Shown here: positions 27,529-37,204 of the stretch, in pieces | Numbering within the stretch: the first letter of the stretch is position 1 | Layout: each line of letters begins with the position of its first letter | NCBI GenBank assembly: GCA_963675595.2 | Contig: CAXXLZ010000001.1 | Location: 576,001 to 640,000, forward strand | DNA from: Thermodesulfobacteriota bacterium | Lineage (GTDB): Bacteria > Desulfobacterota > Desulfarculia > JACQYL01 | DNA length: 64,000 bases | Direction of reading: 5' to 3' | Program-made: the position numbers and the translations under genes | Notes under the pieces: model-generated | Database searches by the model: none | What the model saw: the letters and a program-made list of their open reading frames with translations, nothing else | What the model was told of the DNA's origin: nothing

Positions 27529-28542
27529 TTACCTTTCCCCGCAAGCGGCCGAAACCATGGCGGCGATGTTCTCGGGCGCGGCTTCCGGAGGAATTTCGCA
27601 GCCCGAAGAGAGAATGAACCCACCACGCCGGGCAAATATACGTAACAAACGGTGTGATTCATCCGAAATTTGCTCGGGAGTGCCTTCCACAAAGGAGAGC
27701 GGCTTGATATTGCCGTTGAAACAGGTATGGGGGAGCGCCTCCATGGCCTGTTGCGGGTCCACGCAGAAATCGAGGTTGGCGAGGTTCACGTGGGCTTGGG
27801 GATAGAAGCGGAGAATCGGCGCCACGGGACCTGCCGTGTGCAGCCAGTTTACAGCCGACCCCGCCTGTTTGAAGGCGGCGAAGATGCGTTGAAGCCGGGG
27901 CAGCAGGAATTCTCGGTAAAACCCGGGGGGGACCACGTCCGGTGATGCGGAAGGATCGAAAACGATGGGCAAGTGGGCGCCCGCCTCCAACTGTGCCGTA
28001 CCGAAACGGATGATTACTTCGGAGGCGAAGTCCAGGAGACGCTCAAAAAGCTCCGGGGCGTCAATGGCCAAGTAAAGGCTCGTCTCCGCACCGGCCAACT
28101 GCATGGCCAAAGTCATGGGGCCCACCACGCAGCCCACCACCAGAACGTCGTTCCCCACTTCCCGCCGCAGGATGCCCGCAGCCTTCAACAGCTCGGGCAT
28201 ACGGCCCTCGGTGCGTGGGTCGGGCACGAGAAGCGTGTCAATATCCATGCCTGCAGAAAAGACGTAGGACGACACCACCGGATACCGACCGGTTCCATAG
28301 CTCAAAACCGAACCCACGGCTTCCGTTTCCACGCCCACGTCCATTAACGCGAAAACCGCGTCGTAGCCGTAGCGGTTGAGCGCCTTTGCCTGGCAGCGAG
28401 CCAGAAGCTCGCCGTCCCGGACGTAATGGTTCAAGTCCACTCCGCTCAGCACTGCGGCATGGCCGAACACCTGGGCGATCACCGGCACACGGTCCGTCCC
28501 CCGAAAGCTCACAGCCGCCTGAATGCGTTCCAGGCTATTCAA
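27529..28542 (-). CDS. MtaA/UroD-family methyltransferase-like protein
   Basis: MNSLERI..DRVPV, VGPMT, LHTAG (HxC Cys lost), GNIKP, ILSSGCEIP. Confidence 0.9.
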   Translation of the reverse strand: MNSLERIQAAVSFRGTDRVPVIAQVFGHAAVLSGVDLNHYVRDGELLARCQAKALNRYGYDAVFALMDVGVETEAVGSVLSYGTGRYPVVSSYVFSAGMDIDTLLVPDPRTEGRMPELLKAAGILRREVGNDVLVVGCVVGPMTLAMQLAGAETSLYLAIDAPELFERLLDFASEVIIRFGTAQLEAGAHLPIVFDPSASPDVVPPGFYREFLLPRLQRIFAAFKQAGSAVNWLHTAGPVAPILRFYPQAHVNLANLDFCVDPQQAMEALPHTCFNGNIKPLSFVEGTPEQISDESHRLLRIFARRGGFILSSGCEIPPEAAPENIAAMVSAACGER

Positions 28543-28848
28543 CGTTCCCGATCCATTTCACAAGCGACCGGGACCGGTTCGCCGGGGACCGTCCTTCGCG
28601 CCCTCCCTCCTCAATGTGTCCCATATAAGGACGGGCGGGAGTCCCGGTTCGGCTCAAGAGAAACATTCCTTGCTCCTATTCACGGGGGCATTGAAGCCTT
28701 GTAAGCGTTTCTGCTCCGCCCCGTTTCGGGATATACCCCGTCCGCAATGCCTTATGCTCCCGCTCAGCCGAAGATGTGGAAGACCTCTCAATCGGCGTTG
28801 AAAAGGGCGGCGTGGATTTTTCCAAGGAGCCCCGAGTCACCATAATCA

Positions 28849-29487
28849 TCAGCCGGTCTCCTGCAACGCTTCGAGGTGGTGCAGGCCGTCGAAAGCGGTC
28901 TGAGCCACATAGTCCACGTTGAGGCTCTCCGGGGAAGATTGCTTGAGGGCGGCCCCTCCCGCCATGAGGTGCATGTGTCCCAGGCCACGTTCGACCATCT
29001 TCTCCTTCACTCCCCGGACTTGAGGCAGCACGGTGGAAATGAGCCCGCTGATGCCCACAACGAAGGTTCTCTCCGCTTCGGCGGTATCGAGCAACCTTTC
29101 CACGGGACAATCTTTGCCGCAGTCCACCACCCGGTACCCTGAAGCGGTCAGGACCATCTTGAGAATATTCTTACCCAAATCATGGACATCCCCTTCCAGG
29201 GTCGCGACCACGGCGGCGCCTTTGCTTTTCCGGAGGGGTTTATCGGGGGGGAAAATTTCTTTCATCACGCCCGTGGCGGCGCGCCCGCAAAGCATGATTT
29301 CCAGGAGATTGAATTCATCCACCGTGCACTTGGCGTTCAATCTCGCCATGGCTCCTTCCAGGCCTTCCGTGATGATTCGTTCACGCGGGACGCCCGAATC
29401 CAGAAGCTTTCGAGCCTCCCCCACGGATCGTTCCTGATCGCCTTCAAGCAACGCCTCAATGAGTGGATCCATGATGGTATAGTACAT
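28849..29487 (-). CDS. Corrinoid-binding protein
   Basis: EGDVHDLGKNIL, ISGLIS, MAGGAA. Confidence 0.92.
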   Translation of the reverse strand: MYYTIMDPLIEALLEGDQERSVGEARKLLDSGVPRERIITEGLEGAMARLNAKCTVDEFNLLEIMLCGRAATGVMKEIFPPDKPLRKSKGAAVVATLEGDVHDLGKNILKMVLTASGYRVVDCGKDCPVERLLDTAEAERTFVVGISGLISTVLPQVRGVKEKMVERGLGHMHLMAGGAALKQSSPESLNVDYVAQTAFDGLHHLEALQETG

Positions 29488-29580
29488 GATCGACCTTGTT
29501 CCCGCTTTTTCGTTTGGACTTACTCCGACTTCTCGGCGGTGGAAGAGTTTCGAGAAAGGAACGACTGAAAAAAAAAGTAT

Positions 29581-29619
29581 TTCGTTAGTTAAGCTAACGA
29601 ATTCCGTGTTAACGGAATT
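29581..29619. promoter_or_regulatory. Two abutting inverted repeats, candidate operator
   Basis: TTCGTTAG-TTAAG-CTAACGAA and AATTCCGT-GTTA-ACGGAATT, about 100 bp upstream of the corrinoid gene. Confidence 0.5.
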
Positions 29620-30394
29620 TTGTTGATCTGTTCTCCAGCCCCCTTATGATTACAGGATCGGTTGCTGAAGTCAAAGGCATTACTTTTTCCGATTGAAGGC
29701 GCTTGTTGGGCGTTCGCGATGAGTCTCGAGGGCTTTCTCCTCTCCCCAAACAGCATGAGCGAAAAATGTTACGGAATTGTGAAGCCGTTCCGGTGGGATC
29801 CTCGAACGAACTCAGGAGAAGAGAAGCGCCCGGGGCATCCAAACCCGACCGCCCCTTACATCGGCTCCGTTTCTTGTCGCGCCGGAGGCTCACCTCAGCG
29901 GTAAGTCACCGGCCTTTTTCTGCGAGCCGTTGAAGGATAACCGCAAAGGGGCATTTCCGGAATTACAATTGTCCCTCGGGAGGGTCTCTGGTATTCTTAA
30001 TATATCTTCACAATACCGCAGCTTCGCCACAGCTTGTTGCCTTATGGGGTAGGGCCGCGCCGGAGCAGGACTCGAATCTTTCACAAACCGTCGGAAGCGG
30101 CCCGCTTCGGAATCCGCCTTTGACCGGGCCCGCCAATGAGCTTGAGCGAGGGAGAGGCAGGATGCCGCATCGCGCTCTGGAGCAAAACCGTATTTCCTCC
30201 TATTTGCAGGTTCCTTCAAGACTTACACTCCAGACTTTTCGGCTTCGGAACCTCCCGTGTCCGAACTGCATTTCAGTTCCCTCTCCGTCGAAGGCGGAGA
30301 CGGCCGCTTAAACAGCTTTGAAAAGGGGTATGGAGGAAAACTTGCTCGAAAGTTTTCCTGCGAAGAACCCGTTCGAAAAATGATGGAGGCGGCG

Positions 30395-33300
30395 ATGCGC
30401 ATCAAGGCAACGGTGGTTTTCCTTGTCGGTTTGTTGGCTTTCAACTTCGGGCCGGTGGGTATGCGTACGGCATTCTCGGCCGAGGCGCGCCTCAAATCCC
30501 TGAGTCCGAGGACCCTCGCCGCCACGGCGGAGAATGTGATTACCAACGGCGTGCCCTACGAGACGTCTTTAGGATCCAACAGCTATGGTAATGCCTATAT
30601 CGACGTGCCGGAAGGCGCGACCCGGCTCACCATCACGGTATCCGACGGAAGCGGGGACCTGGACCTCTACGTGAAGTACGGGGCCCCGTTGCAGGGAAGC
30701 ACCGTGGCGGAACTGGATTCGGAAACCGATTTCATGTCCGACGGGCCCACCGCTTCGGAACAGGTGGTGGTGACCCCGTCCGACGATCCGCCGTTGCAGG
30801 CGGGCAAATGGTACGCGGCGGTGTTGAACTACAACGCCTACCAGACTTCCTTCACCATCACGGCCACCTACGAGGTGCCGGGAACCGGTCTGGAAAACGG
30901 AATTCCGCTGAACTATGCTCTCAACGGCGGCCGCTTCCTGCAAAACCTGTACATCGACGTGCCGGCGGAAGCCAAGAAGCTCACCATCAAGCTGACGGAC
31001 GGGCAGGGCGATTTGGCCCTGTATGTGAAACGCGGGTCCGACGTGAGCGGCGCCACTCTGGAAGAGCTTCGAGAGGACGCGGACTTCTTTTCGAGCACTT
31101 CCGGAGCGGATGAAACCGTTATAGTGGAAACAACCACTTCACCGCCCATCGCCCCGGGCAAGTGGTACGCGGCCGTGGGCAACCCCAACGACGATTCCGT
31201 CAACCTGACCCTCACGGCGTCCTATGAAACCGTGCCGGACGCGACGCCGCACCAACTCACCGTGGAAGCGACCCCTCAACGCATCGTGCCTGGGGACCCC
31301 CTCGATTGGACCTACTCCGTGACACCGGGCACCGTGGAGGGGCGAGTGGACTTGGCCGCGGCCATCATGCTTCCCTGGGGCGACCTCATGTTTCTGACGG
31401 AAAACGGCCTGTCCTATGAGCCGGACGTGTTCCGTTGGGGACTGGACGTCGAGGACCTGAGCACGGGTGTCCTCTTTCATGAGCTGCCTTTTCCCTCCAG
31501 TGTGCCCGAAGGCCAATACGGGTTCTATGCGGTGTTGCTGAGGGAGGGCAATCCGGTTCCGGACGCCTCGAACTGGGTGAGCAACGTGGGGGGCTCTTTG
31601 GTGCAATTCAATTACCGTTCACCGGACCATGACTGGTTTCTGAGCCAAGAGGGCTTTCCCAACGGGTTTGTGAAATCCTTCAGCGAACACGATGGTCTCG
31701 TACGCGTGGACGAAACCTGGGTTTATGCCGCCAATGGACTCACGGTGTCCTTTGTGAACGGCAACTTCGCCGGGGACGAACCCATGGCGGATTCCGTCAC
31801 CGGCACGGCGACTCCCTTCAGACCGGAAAACTACCCATTCGACACCGGCCGAGGGGGGATCGAGTCCAGGCACGGTCCGGCCCCGATATCCGGGCAATAT
31901 TCCGTTTGGGACGGCACGTTGGAGGTCCTGGTGTACGACGGTATTGTGTTTGGACTGCACAACGGCCGTTTGGTCGCTGTGGTGGCGGGACCATCCACAG
32001 GGACCTCGGCGGACCCTGCCGACTCGGCTTGCGGCGAATCCGGACCCCTGCCGAAGCTTTCCAAGCAAGGGCCCCCGACCTCCGGCCGAATGTCCGCCGA
32101 GGAGCTTAACCGTTTATTCTCCGCAAACCTTCAAGTGCAATCCTTGCCTTCGGAGGACACGGCCTATCTGTTTTCCCTGGCTTCCACCCTGGCCGCGGCC
32201 GCCTTGAGCGGCATGCCCGGCGCCGAAACCGCATGGAACGCTTGTCTCGCGGGGTTCGCTTCTCAAGAACCTTCGGAAGGCGACGTTCAATGCTTGAAGA
32301 CGGCTCTGTCGAGTCTGGTGAATGCCGCCGCTTCCCATGCCTCAATGGGGTCCGAGAGCACTTCCCCGCAAAGGCGGGCCGGGGCCTACAATAATAACTT
32401 TGAAGGCGAGGAAGAGGGGGAGGACTTCTCCAATAGTCTCTCCCCTGCGGGCGCCTTGGACTGGCTTTCGGCCGCGTGGGCCGGCCTCACCGGTCATGAG
32501 ACCACCACGGGAAAGAGTGTGAACCGAAGCGCGACACGAGACGGAAAAACGGGCTGTGTGGGTTCGGTGAGCCCGATTTCCGTTCCGGCCGGAGGCACGG
32601 CGAACTTTCGCATGGACCTGTATTCCCGTCTGCGTCAACAAGTGGGGCAGGCCCCCATCCGGGGCTACGGCCCATCCTGGGACGCCTATTGGGAGGACCG
32701 AATGAGCTTCATCGGTCAGGGGGAGGACCTGCACTGGGAGTATGGAAAAAATGTGGCCCGGGACGAGTCGACCGGTCCCAAGGAAGCGATGATGTACGCT
32801 TCGACCTTTGTGTCGTCCGGCGCTGCGGACCCCGTGCTTGAACCCGCCGACCAAGGCGACCTCTGCACGGCCGCGGCCCTGTTCTATCTGCAATCCGATT
32901 CACCCACGGTGACCGTCACCTCGGACGCCGCCGCAATACGGGTGTTCAACGCCGGTTCCTTCGAAGCCTGCGTCCATGGAGGCGTTCCTCCCTTCACTTT
33001 GGAATGGGACCTGGCCGGCTCGAAACGCACCGAGGTCTTCGGGGTGAGAGACATCCATTCCCTCGTCAAGGTGTGTCGTCGCGCGGATCGTATCTTCACG
33101 GAAACCGGGACCTACACCGTGGGGGTAAGCCTCACCGACGCCGACGGGCACTACGATTACGCGTCCGTGGACGTGGTGGTGACCGATCCGGAATTGCGCC
33201 TCAAATTCCTGCAAACCACGTCGGAGGCCTATCCCGGCGTGGGGGCCACGTGGGTGGTGGCGGCTTCGGGCGGCGCCGTTCCGTATTCCTATGCCTACAC

Positions 33301-34036
33301 CTTCAGCGACGGGGTATCCGGTGCTGCAAGCACCTTCACCCGCGTCTTTAATACGCCCGGTACGCGAACCGTCACCGTCACGGCCACGGATTCGGGCAGT
33401 GTAACGCAAACGTCCTCGGTGAGTTCCTCCATCTGGGTGCGGGCTTGCGAACCTCCGGAATGCTGTCCTCAGAATCCGGTGCCCTGCGGCACCGTGTGTC
33501 TGACTTCGGGCGCGACCTGTTGCGACTCAAGCACCGGGGTATGGTGCTTTGGCGCGGACTGCTGTCCCAAACCCTGCGTGCCTCCCGATTGTTGCGCGGA
33601 ATATCCCCAGGTGTGCGGTCCTTTGTGCATTCCCGGAGGAGCGAAATGCTGCAATCCGGGAACGGGGGGTTGGTGCCTTTCTACGGAAGAATGCTGCGGC
33701 GCGGGCTGTTGCGAACCCGACTGGTACTGCTGCCCGGACCAAGCCGGCTGTTGCAGGAATGGCGACGTGTGCTGCAAAGGAGGGGGCTGCTGTCCGGCAC
33801 AAGCGCCCCAATGCTGCTTTCCGGGGTGCTGCCCCGAAGAATCCCAATGCTGCGGCAGCGGCTGCTGCCCCACCGGATACTTCTGCTGCCCGGATAAAAG
33901 CGGCTGCTGCCCGGACGGATATCAGTGCGCCGAAGGCGGTAAATGTATACCTGGTTCAGGCGGGTCCGTGTCCCGGGTCTTCAGCGCGAACCAGTTCCCC
34001 AAGACCAAGTCGGGGTGCTTGGGAGAGATGGAGTAG
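30395..34036 (+). CDS. Large secreted multidomain protein: 2x PPC-like, 2x PKD-like, Cys-rich C-terminal repeats
   Basis: Signal peptide, repeated YIDVP..A..LTI...DG.GDL.LYVK.G, GTYTVGVSLTD/GTRTVTVTATD, and about 44 Cys in the last 170 or so residues. Confidence 0.8.
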   Translation: MRIKATVVFLVGLLAFNFGPVGMRTAFSAEARLKSLSPRTLAATAENVITNGVPYETSLGSNSYGNAYIDVPEGATRLTITVSDGSGDLDLYVKYGAPLQGSTVAELDSETDFMSDGPTASEQVVVTPSDDPPLQAGKWYAAVLNYNAYQTSFTITATYEVPGTGLENGIPLNYALNGGRFLQNLYIDVPAEAKKLTIKLTDGQGDLALYVKRGSDVSGATLEELREDADFFSSTSGADETVIVETTTSPPIAPGKWYAAVGNPNDDSVNLTLTASYETVPDATPHQLTVEATPQRIVPGDPLDWTYSVTPGTVEGRVDLAAAIMLPWGDLMFLTENGLSYEPDVFRWGLDVEDLSTGVLFHELPFPSSVPEGQYGFYAVLLREGNPVPDASNWVSNVGGSLVQFNYRSPDHDWFLSQEGFPNGFVKSFSEHDGLVRVDETWVYAANGLTVSFVNGNFAGDEPMADSVTGTATPFRPENYPFDTGRGGIESRHGPAPISGQYSVWDGTLEVLVYDGIVFGLHNGRLVAVVAGPSTGTSADPADSACGESGPLPKLSKQGPPTSGRMSAEELNRLFSANLQVQSLPSEDTAYLFSLASTLAAAALSGMPGAETAWNACLAGFASQEPSEGDVQCLKTALSSLVNAAASHASMGSESTSPQRRAGAYNNNFEGEEEGEDFSNSLSPAGALDWLSAAWAGLTGHETTTGKSVNRSATRDGKTGCVGSVSPISVPAGGTANFRMDLYSRLRQQVGQAPIRGYGPSWDAYWEDRMSFIGQGEDLHWEYGKNVARDESTGPKEAMMYASTFVSSGAADPVLEPADQGDLCTAAALFYLQSDSPTVTVTSDAAAIRVFNAGSFEACVHGGVPPFTLEWDLAGSKRTEVFGVRDIHSLVKVCRRADRIFTETGTYTVGVSLTDADGHYDYASVDVVVTDPELRLKFLQTTSEAYPGVGATWVVAASGGAVPYSYAYTFSDGVSGAASTFTRVFNTPGTRTVTVTATDSGSVTQTSSVSSSIWVRACEPPECCPQNPVPCGTVCLTSGATCCDSSTGVWCFGADCCPKPCVPPDCCAEYPQVCGPLCIPGGAKCCNPGTGGWCLSTEECCGAGCCEPDWYCCPDQAGCCRNGDVCCKGGGCCPAQAPQCCFPGCCPEESQCCGSGCCPTGYFCCPDKSGCCPDGYQCAEGGKCIPGSGGSVSRVFSANQFPKTKSGCLGEME

Positions 34037-34109
34037 GGGAGTTGGGGAGTTGGGGAGGGATGAGGGTGTGAATTTCTCCGTACTCGAAATTGATTTTCGC
34101 CGTGAGCTT

Positions 34110-34270
34110 CTCCGCCCAAGGCGGTGAAGCACGCCTGGAATGCTTTGAAAAGGGGGTGCGGGAGAAGACTTTCTCGAGAGGTATGCATTCACGGGGGGAA
34201 CTTTGAAAAAGTTCCCCCCCGGTCCCCCCCTCAAAGGCTTCAAGCAGGCCTCACCGCCTCCGGCGGAGAG
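34110..34270. repeat. Intergenic repeat family B copy
   Basis: TTCACGGGGGGAACTTTGAAAAAGTTCCCCCCC and GGCCTCACCGCCTCCGGCGGAG. Confidence 0.7.
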
Positions 34271-34528
34271 GCTCTAATGCGTCCGGCGGTCGGTCTCGTA
34301 AGGGCCCCTGATCCCGGTTGCGACGCGGAAGCGAGCAACCCGCTCAAAAAGTTTTGGATGGGGTCCGGGGAAACCTTTTGCAAAAGGTTTCCCCGCCTAC
34401 CCTGTGAACAGATACCTCGAGAGTCTTCTCCCTTGAATACCTACGGGTAATCTACCGGCTGAGCGCACCGAGCCTGAAACGGATGCAATCCCTGAAAAGC
34501 ATGAATAGTACCCCATGGGAGTCGGCGT

Positions 34529-35401
34529 CTATTGCTTCCTGGTCCCGTCGGGGTTGTATTCATACCAACCACGGCCCGTCTTTCGGCCCAAATGGCCCAT
34601 TTGGACTTTTCGTCTCAAAATGGCGGGAGGGTAGAAGGAAGGGTCCTTGGTCTCTTCGTAGATGGCCGTCAGGGCTCCGCAGGTGACGTCCAGGCCCACC
34701 AGGTCGCCCGTTTCAAAGGGTCCCATCTTTCTCCCCCCGGCCAGACGAAGTCCCTTGTCGATGTCTTCCACCGTGGCGATCCCCTGTTCGACGAGGCGCA
34801 TGGCTTCAATATTAGCCCGGAAGTTGATGCGGTTGATCACGAAGCCGGGGATGTCTCGCCGCACCAGAACGGGCTCTTTGCCCAACCCGACGACGAAGTC
34901 TACGCCCAGAGCGAAGGCCTCCTCGCTGGTGAACATCCCTCGGATCACCTCGGCGGCCGGCATCATGGGCACGGGTGAAAAGAAATGCAGCCCGAGTACG
35001 GATTCCGGCCGTGTGGTGACTCCCGCCAGGTCGGATATGGAAATCGCGCTGGTGTTGCTCGCCAGGAGCGCATCGGGTCGAGCGACTTTGTCGATCATGC
35101 GGAAGATATTCCGTTTGAGTTCCAGGTTCTCGAACACCGCCTCGATGATCAGGTCCGAACTTCCCGCAGCCTCGATTTCGGTGGATGTGGTGATCCGGGA
35201 CATGATCTCTTCCGCGCTCCCTTTCACGGTCCCTTTTTCCACCAACTTTGTCACGGACCAGGCAATGGTTTCCTTTGCCTTAATGAGGGCGTCGTGCTGA
35301 ACATCGTTCAGCACGACCTGGAATCCCGATTGTGCGCACACCTGTGCAATGCCGCCGCCCATCAATCCGCTTCCCACAATAAAGACTTTTTCAAGGCTCA
35401 T
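34529..35401 (-). CDS. hbd: 3-hydroxybutyryl/3-hydroxyacyl-CoA dehydrogenase
   Basis: GSGLMGGGIA, EAVFE, ASNTS, GLHFFSP, PGFVINR, GRKTGRGWY. Confidence 0.9.
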   Translation of the reverse strand: MSLEKVFIVGSGLMGGGIAQVCAQSGFQVVLNDVQHDALIKAKETIAWSVTKLVEKGTVKGSAEEIMSRITTSTEIEAAGSSDLIIEAVFENLELKRNIFRMIDKVARPDALLASNTSAISISDLAGVTTRPESVLGLHFFSPVPMMPAAEVIRGMFTSEEAFALGVDFVVGLGKEPVLVRRDIPGFVINRINFRANIEAMRLVEQGIATVEDIDKGLRLAGGRKMGPFETGDLVGLDVTCGALTAIYEETKDPSFYPPAILRRKVQMGHLGRKTGRGWYEYNPDGTRKQ

Positions 35402-35476
35402 GGTATCTCCCACTGATTCGTCCGGCGCCGCCCCGCGAACCTACCGACATCCGGCAAGGGTGAGGCGTCGGATTTG

Positions 35477-35615
35477 TAATCATTCACGGGGGAAACTCGT
35501 CTATCGTAGGGGCAGGCCACAGTGCCTGCCCGAAAGACGGCCGAAGGCCCACCTTTTTCCCTGTATCCTCACGTGCCGGCGGTCCCCCGGTGGCCCTGTG
35601 AACGTGCACGGTTAT
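35477..35615 (+). repeat. Repeat family C with GTAG-REP-like hairpin
   Basis: ATCATTCACGGG..AACTCGTCTAT.GTAGGGGCAGGCCACAGTGCCTGCCC..AAGACGGCCGAAGGCCCACC. A second copy lies at about 40208-40320. Confidence 0.75.
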
Positions 35616-35616
35616 C

Positions 35617-36105
35617 TTATTCTTCCAAAAATTTCTTCGGCAGGTTGCCTGAACCGAGAAAATTTACGGCATCATGAAGGGGTTGCCGGTTGGGGCCGGC
35701 CATCAGTTTGGACGTTCCGTGCGCCAGTAGTCTGTCGTTACCGTCGAACATCCTGGCTTCGGTGAGATAGAGGGTCTTCCCCGATTTGATTGTGTGGCCC
35801 TCGACCATAATCCGGCCTTCAGAAACGGGCGCCAGAAAATCCACCTTGAGATCGATGGAGACCAATCCACTATCTTCCGGCAAATCGCAGTAAGCGGACC
35901 AATAGGCGGCCGTGTCGATGACCGACGAGTAAGCGCCTCCGTGGAGGCCGCCGAAGGGATTCATGTGTTCTCGCCGAATCTCGGCCGTAACCATGGAATA
36001 GCCGCTGCGGATTTCAATGACTTCCATCGACATGTGTTGAAAAAACGGGCAGGCATTGATGGCGCTGATGATCGCTTTAACATGCTCAGGGTTCAGCGAG
36101 GGCAT
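35617..36105 (-). CDS. PaaI-family thioesterase
   Basis: NPFGGLHGG...VIDTA, SIDLKVDFL. Confidence 0.9.
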   Translation of the reverse strand: MPSLNPEHVKAIISAINACPFFQHMSMEVIEIRSGYSMVTAEIRREHMNPFGGLHGGAYSSVIDTAAYWSAYCDLPEDSGLVSIDLKVDFLAPVSEGRIMVEGHTIKSGKTLYLTEARMFDGNDRLLAHGTSKLMAGPNRQPLHDAVNFLGSGNLPKKFLEE

Positions 36106-36121
36106 CGGTCTTTCTCCAATT

Positions 36122-36344
36122 GTGAGCATTCAGAGGGGTATCCGAGGGAACCCTTTTTGAAAAAGGGTTCCCTCGGGGCTCCTTCCTAAAACTTCAAGTA
36201 TTTTGCTACGTTGGACGGAACATGCTCCTCGTTTTGTGAATCGCGTACGCGATTCACAAAAGCGGAATGGGGGTCCGGGGGGCCATTGGTCCCCCGGCAG
36301 GGGGTGGAGGGGGACGGTGTCCCCCTGCGGCACACCCCGTGAGT
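36122..36344 (-). repeat. MITE-like repeat family A, copy 2
   Basis: Reverse-complement match to 19691-19915. Confidence 0.85.
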
Positions 36345-36357
36345 GGGTACCTCCAAT

Positions 36358-36855
36358 TCATGCTCGATGTCGTTGTTCGGCATCCTTCGGCAGCATCTTT
36401 AACATCCTGACACACTCAAGCTTTGATCCATCCGGCAAACGGTGAAAGGTCGGTTCCTGCTCCAAGTATCCGTGAGTCCTATAGAATCCTTTTGCATTGA
36501 GTGTGGAATGAACCGTGATTCGAGCGATATGGCTGTTTTCCGCAATCTTCTCAAGTTCGTTGAGAAGCCCTGATCCAACGCCCTTTCCGACGGCATCGGG
36601 ATGCACATAAATCGCGCTGACCTCCGCGTTTTCAACGTCCAACATTCCCAGTCCCAACAAATCTTCCTGCCAATTTTGTGCAACGAGGAACACCTTTTCT
36701 CTCAAGGCCTGATCGTAAACCGAAGGGACAAGAACACCGGTCCAGGCATCCAACTGGCTCCGGGTATAATGGTCGGCGCACAGTTTCCTGATTGAAGCAA
36801 TATGCATCCTGGAGATGTTCTCTTTATCTGCAAAAGATGCTTATCCTATTTTCAT
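36358..36855 (-). pseudogene. GNAT acetyltransferase with early nonsense codon
   Basis: MKIG*ASFADKENISRMHIASIR, with TAA at 36841-36843. Downstream YVHPDAVGKGVGSGLL and STLNAKGFY. Confidence 0.7.
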
Positions 36856-37043
36856 AGGCTCGTCCACGACGGAAGGATGATTACCATCTGAGTGCGGATC
36901 AAAAGCGGCCTCCAAAAGTCATTGGGCACCCAACGGCTCGATGCCGTTCGATAAGTGTTTCAAAGTCGGCGGGAACCATTCCCTCCGCGATGTAACGGGT
37001 GCCTTGATATGATGCCAAGTCCGCTCTTGAGTCTGTGACATCC

Positions 37044-37191
37044 GGCTGTTGAAAAGCCCGAACTGCGGCGTTGTGCTTCATCCCTCGTCACTGTGATGTA
37101 CTCCTATGTATGTCTCATTCCTTGGGATTTGCGCGCCTTGCATTTCAGTATTTCTTAATGGCCTGCAATCATCCGACTTTTTCAGCGGGCC
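37044..37191. repeat. Putative MITE/REP-like element with imperfect terminal inverted repeats
   Basis: GGCTGTTGAAAAG ... CTTTTTCAGCGGGCC ends with an internally self-complementary core. Single copy in this window. Confidence 0.45.
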
Positions 37192-37204
37192 ATTATAGTC
37201 AATC

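Noticed and set aside
33445-33950. TGCTGC-rich repeats as a possible CRISPR array or DNA tandem repeat
   Set aside because: Explained by Cys-Cys codons in a protein, with no constant repeat-spacer structure.
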